Assembly: GCA_012838685.1 (NCBI GenBank)
Contig: DUOU01000136.1
Coordinates: 1-39,240, forward strand
From: Bacteroidota bacterium
GTDB lineage: Bacteria > Bacteroidota > Bacteroidia > Bacteroidales > VadinHA17
Direction of reading: 5' to 3'
DNA length: 39,240 bases
The position numbers and the translations under genes were made by a program. Of this stretch, positions 32,086-39,240 are shown one piece after another. The first letter of the stretch is position 1; each line of letters starts with the position of its first letter. The notes under the pieces were generated by a model. That model ran no database searches. It was not told the origin of the DNA and worked only from the letters and a program-made list of their open reading frames with translations.

Positions 32086-34860
32086 TTAAAAGTCGTCCGT
32101 AGCGTTTCCCAGGATCTTGAAGTTAAACGTAACCATATATATCTGTCTGGCAAAAATCGACATTTGGTAGCCATTGACCTGTCCGTTCTCGGTCTTGAAG
32201 AATATGGAATATGGGTTCTTCCTGCCAAGAACATTGTACACTGTGAAAGTCAGCGATGGGTGCATAAGTTTCCGGGCTTTCAGGTTACCGTGCAGAGTAG
32301 TCGCGAGATCAAGCCGTATATAGTCGGGTATCCTGAACTCGTTCCTGTTGGAGTAATAAATATGTGATGCGTTGTTGAAGGTAAAGAAGGCGACGGGATA
32401 GGTAATAGGTCGTCCCGTGTTGTAGGTATAATTGGCCGTAACATTGAATCTTCTTGAAAGTCTGGCGTTGGCCACAATCTTCAGGTCGTGCGGTTTATCG
32501 TAACTTGCCGGAAAAAACTGGCCATTGTTGATGCGTTCCTCCTCGAATTCACTGTCGGTTTTCAGTAATACCCTGGAGTAGGTATAGCTGATCCATCCGG
32601 TTAGGCTGCCCGACTGTTTTTTAACCATGAACTCGGCACCATAAGCTTTTCCCCTGCCCTGTATTATATCTGTTTCCAGATGTTCGTTCATAAGCAGAAT
32701 AGCGCCGCTCTTATAGTCAAGCAGGTTGTCCAGTCTTTTGTAATATAGCTCTATCGAGCTCTCGATATCCCTTTTAGTGTAAAGGTGGACCAGGCCCAGT
32801 GATATCTGGTCACTTTGTTCCGGTTTGATATACTTGTCGCTCAGCTTCCATACATCGGTAGGCGACATTGATGTGTTGTTCGATACCATGTGAACAAACT
32901 GGTTGACCCTCTGGTACCCCGCCTTAACGGATAGAGCGGGAGATATCACATAACGCGATGAAACGCGGAAATCGACAGTGGGATACATTTTCACGATGCT
33001 TCCGGTTTTGTAATGGGAAGTATCTGTGACATTGGCGGTGGAGCGTGGAAGTCCACTGGCATAATTCAATACCGTATTCGGACCGAAAGAGGTGAACAGC
33101 GTTGCCCTCAGACCGCCGGAAACTGTCAGATCGTTTGATATTATGTATTCGTCACTGATATATATCGAAGGTTCAAAAGCCCGCTCATTTTCAATTGTCT
33201 TCGTGATTATCTCTGAAAGAGGTCCGTTTGGAACTCTTTTTCCGGGCCATAGATGGTAAAAGGTGCCATCGGCTCCAAATTCAACTCTATGTTCGGGGGA
33301 AGGAAAGTAGAGGAAATCTGCCCTGGCAATACTTTGGTTGAAACGGTATGAAATTGTGCTCATACTGACCGAATCCTGGTTTGCCGACAGTTGGTAACCG
33401 TAATCGCTGTTAATCGCGTAAAACTGGGCCGACAGTTTTTGGGAAAAGGTATGTTTCCATTTCAGCGTGCCCGCTTTGTTTCCGTAAGCGAAAGAGTCTT
33501 CGCGGTAGTAGTCGAACTTGTCGTCGCTGTAATAACCCGAAACGGAGTATGAGTTTTTACTGTCAATATCACCGGAAATCACGGCCTGTATATCGTAGAA
33601 CGAGGCCGAGGAGTTGCTTAGCTTCTCATCTTCCAACATTCCCAGGAGCCAGTCGGAGTAGGTCGCCCTTCCTCCGATAATGAAAGATGACCGGTTCTTT
33701 TGAATGGGACCCTCAACAAGGATACGACCGGTAACGGGACTCACACCACCGCTTACTTTCACTTTTTCCCTGTCCCCCTCAAGAGAGTTGATCTCCATTA
33801 CCGAGGAAAGCCTTCCTCCATATTTCGCGGGCATACTGCTTTTGTACAGGGTAACATCCTTGATCATATCGGAGTTGAAAGCGGAGAAAAATCCGAAAAA
33901 GTGGGAAGAATTTATTATTGGAGCATTGTTCAGGAGGATCAGGTTCTGGTCGCTGCTCCCGCCCCTGACATTGTAACCTGATGCGGCTTCGCCCACGGTC
34001 TGGACACCGGGCAACATAAGAGAACTTTTGATAACATCGGCTTCACCGAGACCCATAGGTATCCGTTTCAGAGTTTGGGTGTTTATTTTTTCAATACCGG
34101 ACCTGACGTTTCGGACAACATTGTCCCTGTCGGCTGAAACGATTACTTCATCCAAAACGTTTGTCTCCTCCATAAGGTTTACGTCCAGGGAGCCGTTGGA
34201 ATATATCTGGACGTTTCTGTTGGAAGTGCGCATACCCACCATTCTGTACTCCAACTGGTATTGACCGGTTGGCAGTTGTATGGAATAGTATCCGGAACTG
34301 TTGGTCATGACACCAGCTTTCAACTTTTCCGCGTAAACGACCACACCGGGCAAAGGCTCGTTGTCGGCAAGGCCGCGGACCACGCCCGAAAGATAATAAT
34401 TGCCCGCCGGAGCCGATGGGTTTCCTATTTTGAAAAGCTTATACTCATCGTTTATAATGTCTTCATTTTCAGTGACCATGGGCCTGACGTAGATGATAGT
34501 GTCCAGCGGGACCGCGATTTCATTCAGGTGGTCAATATATTCCGCGTTGAAATTACTTTTTATCGGATAACCCTTTGATAATATTATTCTGCCATCTTTG
34601 GAGAAGAAAAAACTGAAACCTTCCCTTTGGAACTGGCCGGTGAGCAGGTCGCCAATGGAATTTGTTTCGCTGCCCACATTCATAACAAGTGTGTCCACCC
34701 ATTGTTTGCTGTAATATATCCTGACGGGAATGGTTCTTTCGATCGTGTCAACGAGATTTTCGAACAAAATGCTGTCGAACCGGAAGGAAAGCTTTTGGTC
34801 TTGACCGTTCGCACTAAAAAACAGCGAAGCCAGTAATATGACAAATAAAAATTTTCTCAT
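32086..34860 (-). CDS. TonB-dependent receptor with an N-terminal STN-like domain and a CarboxypepD_reg domain
   Basis: It has a signal peptide and an STN-like segment LSFRFDSILFENLVDTIER..IPVRIYY. It has a CarboxypepD_reg segment LSGVVRGLADNEPLPGVVVY...SGYYSIQLPTGQY, a plug (DVIKSLMLPGV, YNVRGGS.DQN) and a long beta-barrel ending in an aromatic residue. Confidence 0.85.
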   Translation of the reverse strand: MRKFLFVILLASLFFSANGQDQKLSFRFDSILFENLVDTIERTIPVRIYYSKQWVDTLVMNVGSETNSIGDLLTGQFQREGFSFFFSKDGRIILSKGYPIKSNFNAEYIDHLNEIAVPLDTIIYVRPMVTENEDIINDEYKLFKIGNPSAPAGNYYLSGVVRGLADNEPLPGVVVYAEKLKAGVMTNSSGYYSIQLPTGQYQLEYRMVGMRTSNRNVQIYSNGSLDVNLMEETNVLDEVIVSADRDNVVRNVRSGIEKINTQTLKRIPMGLGEADVIKSSLMLPGVQTVGEAASGYNVRGGSSDQNLILLNNAPIINSSHFFGFFSAFNSDMIKDVTLYKSSMPAKYGGRLSSVMEINSLEGDREKVKVSGGVSPVTGRILVEGPIQKNRSSFIIGGRATYSDWLLGMLEDEKLSNSSASFYDIQAVISGDIDSKNSYSVSGYYSDDKFDYYREDSFAYGNKAGTLKWKHTFSQKLSAQFYAINSDYGYQLSANQDSVSMSTISYRFNQSIARADFLYFPSPEHRVEFGADGTFYHLWPGKRVPNGPLSEIITKTIENERAFEPSIYISDEYIISNDLTVSGGLRATLFTSFGPNTVLNYASGLPRSTANVTDTSHYKTGSIVKMYPTVDFRVSSRYVISPALSVKAGYQRVNQFVHMVSNNTSMSPTDVWKLSDKYIKPEQSDQISLGLVHLYTKRDIESSIELYYKRLDNLLDYKSGAILLMNEHLETDIIQGRGKAYGAEFMVKKQSGSLTGWISYTYSRVLLKTDSEFEEERINNGQFFPASYDKPHDLKIVANARLSRRFNVTANYTYNTGRPITYPVAFFTFNNASHIYYSNRNEFRIPDYIRLDLATTLHGNLKARKLMHPSLTFTVYNVLGRKNPYSIFFKTENGQVNGYQMSIFARQIYMVTFNFKILGNATDDF

Positions 34861-35636
34861 CCTCCGGCAATATTTGACTCCAGCAATAATTGGTCGTATT
34901 TTTTGAGTATAGTGACAATTGAAGAGGGATCTTTCAGGGAGAACCTGATATCGTTCTCATCAATAATTGATCTGATCTCATCGGCTCCCGCGCCAAAAAG
35001 CTTGATAAATTGTCTTTTGCCTCTGAACCTGTAAAAGCCATCCCCGGTGTCCAGAAAAAAAGCTTTTCTTATTTTGAACTGTTCAATGGTTTTTTCAATG
35101 TGCGCGGTACAGTAGTACTTTATGGCCAACCGGGTTATGCCTTGGTAAGGCACCTCATAAAAGCGGGGCTCAAGGTTGCTGCCCCCTTCATCTATACGGT
35201 AAAAATTCAGCGTATCTCCCAGTCTGTACAGGCTGAACATCTCTATCTTATCCTTGTTCAACGATATCTGATAAGATGTAAAGTTCAGGAAAAGGTTCAG
35301 GTCTATGTATACCACCTCATCGGTGTACGCATCGTATTGCAGTTTGATATTGTCATAATATTTGCCGTCAAAGATAATGGAAGATGTATAAAGATCATCA
35401 TCAAATAAGATAGGCTTGCTGTTGCTGCGACTATGGTACGCATAATATTCCTGGCCGAACACCAGATCGCTCGTGAAACCACTGCCGCCGGAATAGTAAG
35501 CCCTAAGAAAAGCTTTCTGTATCTCCTCTTCGTTTAGCGGCAACGATTGATTTTGGGCAATAGATTGCGCGAACGCGGAACCTGCCCCACAAAGCCCATA
35601 AAACAGTAGAATTGTCAATAGCGAGCGAGTTGTCAT
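34857..35636 (-). CDS. Secreted hypothetical protein, translationally coupled to the TonB-dependent receptor
   Basis: It has the signal peptide MTTRSLLTILLFYGLCGAGSAFAQ. I recognise no domain. It overlaps the receptor start by 4 nt. Confidence 0.6.
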   Translation of the reverse strand: MTTRSLLTILLFYGLCGAGSAFAQSIAQNQSLPLNEEEIQKAFLRAYYSGGSGFTSDLVFGQEYYAYHSRSNSKPILFDDDLYTSSIIFDGKYYDNIKLQYDAYTDEVVYIDLNLFLNFTSYQISLNKDKIEMFSLYRLGDTLNFYRIDEGGSNLEPRFYEVPYQGITRLAIKYYCTAHIEKTIEQFKIRKAFFLDTGDGFYRFRGKRQFIKLFGAGADEIRSIIDENDIRFSLKDPSSIVTILKKYDQLLLESNIAGG

Positions 35637-35738
35637 ACTTTTATGAGTAAATACCTCACAAATTTAGTCAAATGGTATTATATAAAAAAAGAATTTCAAA
35701 AAAAGTTGTTTTCTTTGTTTCCGCTTAAATAAGTATGG

Positions 35739-36962
35739 ATGGGAAAGTTTGTTGCCACTCTTGTTGGTTGGCGTTATAGGTCTGTTGTGTTTGTTTCACT
35801 GATAGTTATGTGTATCAATTGTATCGACCCATATTCGCCGAATATCGACAGGTTCGAATCGTTGCTCGTTGTTGACGCTTTGATAACCGATGAGGATGCC
35901 CCAAATTGCGTTAAGCTTTCCCGTTCGTCCCAATTCCAGGGTTTGTACGCCAAGGTTACAGGAGCCGTTGTGGTTGTTTCCGATGATATGGGCAACAGCT
36001 TTACACTTACCGAAAAGGATGATGGGGAATACTGGACAGATCCGGCCATATTCAGGGGCGAGGTTGGCAAGAGTTATACACTCAGCATTACAACCCCGGA
36101 TGGCGAAGAGTTTGTTTCCAACTCTTGTCTTATGTACCCCGCGGTTGAGATCGATTCAATATATTATGGTTATTTTGAGGCGATTCCCGAAGGATATTCC
36201 GAGCCCTATGAAGGAATAAACATATATGTTGATTCCCCCGCTGAAAGCGTATCGGGTTACAGGAGGTGGATATACGATGAATGGTGGAAGTTCCGTATCC
36301 CGTATCCGGTTTATGCTGAGTATATCAACGATTCGACCATTCTTCCCGTAAATCTGAAAAACGATCTCTGTTGGAGTCACAACAGCTCCTCAAACATCAA
36401 TATACATCATGATGGCACCGAAGACAGGAAATCATTGCGTAAAACCTTGGCTTTTTTCCCTTCCCAGTTAACCAACCGGTTCCAGATGCAGTATTCCATT
36501 GAGGTCAAACAGCTTTCCATTTCCAGGGAGGAGTTTGATTTCTGGAACGCCATGAAGATATTGAACGAAACAGGCGGTGATATATTTGACCGACAACCCT
36601 ATTCGGTAGTGGGCAATGTTAGAAACCTTAACAACCCCTCTAAACATGCGTTGGGTTATTTTCAGGTCTCCGCGGTCAGTGTCAGGCAGATGTATATTAC
36701 AAGTTATGATATTTGGCTTCTGGGCCTATCCAGGTATCGTTATGGGTGTGATAAGTTCACAACATCTCCGGCCGACTATCTCCCTATAAAGGTTTCCTGG
36801 GATTATGTGTTTAATATGGCCAGGCGCGGAGGATATACCTTTGTATCGCATGAAGCCGATTTTAACGGAAATTTGACCGGTCTCACCTTCGTTATGCCCC
36901 ATTGCGCCGACTGCACCCTGAACGGTCAACTTGACCCGCCAGATTTTTGGGAAGATTTATAG
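35739..36962 (+). CDS. DUF4249 family protein, paralogue 1
   Basis: It has the N-terminal CINCIDPY...SLLVVDALITDEDAP..VKLS block typical of DUF4249 and a C-terminal HCADCTLNGQLDPPDFW. By eye it is roughly 55-65% identical to the next gene (not counted). Confidence 0.7.
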   Translation: MGKFVATLVGWRYRSVVFVSLIVMCINCIDPYSPNIDRFESLLVVDALITDEDAPNCVKLSRSSQFQGLYAKVTGAVVVVSDDMGNSFTLTEKDDGEYWTDPAIFRGEVGKSYTLSITTPDGEEFVSNSCLMYPAVEIDSIYYGYFEAIPEGYSEPYEGINIYVDSPAESVSGYRRWIYDEWWKFRIPYPVYAEYINDSTILPVNLKNDLCWSHNSSSNINIHHDGTEDRKSLRKTLAFFPSQLTNRFQMQYSIEVKQLSISREEFDFWNAMKILNETGGDIFDRQPYSVVGNVRNLNNPSKHALGYFQVSAVSVRQMYITSYDIWLLGLSRYRYGCDKFTTSPADYLPIKVSWDYVFNMARRGGYTFVSHEADFNGNLTGLTFVMPHCADCTLNGQLDPPDFWEDL

Positions 36963-37135
36963 CCGTGATTGGTTTTCCGGTTTGTATTAAACTCACAAAT
37001 TCATAATAGGAATATCTATTTTAAATTTTATATAAAAATATTTCGTAAATTTCGTTCTATTTTATTTTACTGAAGAAAACAAAGAGATTTGACTGTTTTG
37101 TTTGTAATGCTTACTTTCGCTAAAATAAATCCAAG

Positions 37136-38374
37136 ATGGGTGATTTTGTTGCAAATCTCGCACGGTGGCGATACAAATTGATACTGTTCGTTTCGCTTGT
37201 TGTTTTGTGTATCAACTGTATCGATCCCTATACGCCCAATATAGGCAAGTTTAGGTCGTTACTTGTGGTCGACGCTTTGATAACCGACGAGGATGCCCCC
37301 AATTATGTCAAACTTTCCTGGACCACCAGGGTTGAAGGTGAAGATAAAAGGGCGGGCGACGCGTTGGTCGTCATATCGGATGATTCCGGCAACAGTGTAA
37401 CGTTGACCGAGAAGGAGAAAGGGGAGTATTGGACAGATCCGGCCACATTCAGGGGCGAGGTGGGCAAAAGCTACACATTGAGCATAGTCGCCGCGAACGG
37501 CGAGGAGTACCGTTCAAATTCTTGCCTGATGTACCCGGTAAACGAAATAGATTCGTTGTATTATACCTATCATGAGGCCGTACCTAAAGGATATTTGGAT
37601 TATTATAAGGGGGTGAACATATATGCGGATACACCCGCGGAAAGCGCATCGGGCTACAGGCGCTGGACCTACGATGAATGGTGGAAATTTAGAATACCTT
37701 ATCCAATTAGAGCCCGACATTTGAATTACGGAAGGGTAACTGAGATAGAACCTAAGAACCAGATTTGCTGGAGCCATAAACCTTCAATGGATATCAATGT
37801 AGATATTCCATCCGGTGAACATTATCTCAAACATCCCATTTTGTTTCTTCCCTCGGAACTCTCCAACAGATTCCAGATGCAATATCATGTTGAAGTAAAA
37901 CAACTCTCCATATCCAGGGAGGAATACGGGTTTTGGAGCTCCATGAAGTTGTTGAACGAAACCGGAGGGAACATATTCGACAGACAACCATACCCTTTGT
38001 ACGGTAACGTAAAGAACGTGAACGATCCCTCAAGGAACGCGGTAGGTTATTTTCAGGTATCCTCCGTAAGCAGTAAACGAATCTATATAACCGCCGATGA
38101 TATCGATAATTTGGGCCTTCCAAAGTATTATTACGAATGTGATCCGATCTTTTTGACTCCTGAATATTATGGTTATAGTTTGGAAGATACTAGGAAAACG
38201 CCCGCATTATGGAACATGTTTTACGGTGCGATAGTATCATCCGGATATAGTTTGTATTGGTATGACACCAATACTGACGGAAGTTTGGCTGGATTTAGGT
38301 TTGTTTTGTCCCATTGCGCCGACTGCACCCTGAACGGCCAACTTGACCCGCCAGATTTTTGGGAAGATATGTAA
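37136..38374 (+). CDS. DUF4249 family protein, paralogue 2
   Basis: It has the same architecture as 35739-36962. Its stop codon overlaps the next ATG (TAATG). Confidence 0.7.
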   Translation: MGDFVANLARWRYKLILFVSLVVLCINCIDPYTPNIGKFRSLLVVDALITDEDAPNYVKLSWTTRVEGEDKRAGDALVVISDDSGNSVTLTEKEKGEYWTDPATFRGEVGKSYTLSIVAANGEEYRSNSCLMYPVNEIDSLYYTYHEAVPKGYLDYYKGVNIYADTPAESASGYRRWTYDEWWKFRIPYPIRARHLNYGRVTEIEPKNQICWSHKPSMDINVDIPSGEHYLKHPILFLPSELSNRFQMQYHVEVKQLSISREEYGFWSSMKLLNETGGNIFDRQPYPLYGNVKNVNDPSRNAVGYFQVSSVSSKRIYITADDIDNLGLPKYYYECDPIFLTPEYYGYSLEDTRKTPALWNMFYGAIVSSGYSLYWYDTNTDGSLAGFRFVLSHCADCTLNGQLDPPDFWEDM

Positions 38375-39240
38375 TGTTAAAAAATATGAAAAATATAAAA
38401 GCCAGCTCTCTTGTGATCGCGATTGCCTCTATTTTGATGATGGCATGTTTTGGTTACACCTCCCTATATTCCCAAATCACCATTAATCCGGGATATGAAG
38501 AGGAGTTTTTCCTGCAAACCGACAGGGATATATACTTTACGGGCGAGGAGGTGTTGGTGAAAGTCAGCAAGTTCAACAGACTTTCCGGTACTTTGGGCGA
38601 TTTCAGCAAGGTTGGCTATGTGGATATGTACAACAAATTCGGTAATCCTATCGCGCAGGTAAAAGTAGATTTGGAAAGTTTCAGCGGTGCTTCCAGGTTC
38701 AGGATACCTGACACTATCGGTTCCGGCAACTATTATGTGCGGGCATATAGCAGTTGGATGAGAAACTTTCCGCGGGAGAGTTTCGCGTACAGGACTATCA
38801 CGGTAATAAACCCGTTCGAGAACATTGATGCGTTACTGGTTAAACCTTCCGATTTTGTTGGTGACAGCCTGGCTTTGGACTCCCAACCGCGCATAGATAC
38901 GGGGATAGCCGCGAATAAAGGCAACAATACAACAACCTCTTCCGGAAAGACAATACGTATAATGGATGAAAATCCCGGTACGCGCGATAGGGTTGAGATC
39001 AGGATTGAAGGCGTTGATGCCGATGATCCCGGGTTTTCAATCGCGGTGGTAAAGTCTGTTTTGCTCGATGATAACGGTTATTCCGAAAAAGACCCTTATG
39101 ATGCCGGTTCATTTGTCTTTAATCTGGCGGAAGCCAAATATATGCCCGAACTTGACGGTAACGTGATCAGTGGAACAATAAGGGACAATACAACCAATGA
39201 ACCTCTCGCGAACACCAATGTTATGCTCTCTTTTATAGGA
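38374..39240 (+). CDS. 5' part of a large MG2-like plus CarboxypepD_reg secreted protein (runs off the right edge)
   Basis: I translated it by hand and found no stop codon through position 39240 (289 codons). It has a signal peptide, LQTDRDIYFTGEEVLVKV...GNYYVRAYSSWM (MG2-like), then LDGNVISGTIRDNTTNEPLANTNVML (CarboxypepD_reg start). It is absent from the ORF track because it is open-ended. Confidence 0.7.
   Translation, partial: MLKNMKNIKASSLVIAIASILMMACFGYTSLYSQITINPGYEEEFFLQTDRDIYFTGEEVLVKVSKFNRLSGTLGDFSKVGYVDMYNKFGNPIAQVKVDLESFSGASRFRIPDTIGSGNYYVRAYSSWMRNFPRESFAYRTITVINPFENIDALLVKPSDFVGDSLALDSQPRIDTGIAANKGNNTTTSSGKTIRIMDENPGTRDRVEIRIEGVDADDPGFSIAVVKSVLLDDNGYSEKDPYDAGSFVFNLAEAKYMPELDGNVISGTIRDNTTNEPLANTNVMLSFIG

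Noticed and set aside
32082-32088. Convergent stop codons of the PfkB kinase and the TonB receptor, separated by 1 nt with no terminator
   Set aside because: It is notable but unremarkable in compact genomes. There is nothing to test from sequence alone.

Overview
The gene content looks like a Bacteroidota chromosome: DUF4249, DUF1573, DUF4221, CarboxypepD_reg TonB-dependent receptors and an NVEALA-like peptide. By eye the window has three compositional compartments. (1) About 190-13,990 and 16,430-17,200 are very AT-rich, roughly 33% GC on sampled lines. This part holds a tightly packed 7-gene cellulose-synthase-like exopolysaccharide operon. It also holds two copies of a Cys-rich exported-peptide locus, each preceded by phased 20-nt direct repeats; one copy sits next to a stand-alone LytTR regulator, a DUF4221-like lipoprotein and a CxxC lipoprotein. 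Decayed fragments of IS30-, IS481- and IS3-type transposases and an MntA antitoxin with a truncated HepT toxin are also present. (2) A single roughly 58-60% GC gene (13,993-16,404) is embedded in that AT-rich block. (3) From 17,300 onward the sequence is about 45-50% GC and looks like core genome. It contains a 9-gene ilvD-ilvB-ilvN-ilvC-leuA-leuC-leuD-cimA-like-leuB operon on the minus strand. That operon has an unlisted 19-aa Ile/Leu/Val-rich leader peptide and an attenuator terminator. Then come cstA, tRNA-Asn, a PfkB kinase, and a TonB-dependent receptor locus with two tandem DUF4249 paralogues and an MG2-like protein. The AT-rich block is bracketed by two inverted copies (57/62 nt identical) of a hairpin element. 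My best candidates for an undescribed system are the LytTR/direct-repeat/Cys-rich-peptide/DUF4221/CxxC-lipoprotein module and the non-canonical cellulose-synthase-like operon. All family assignments come from motif recognition by eye, not from searches.
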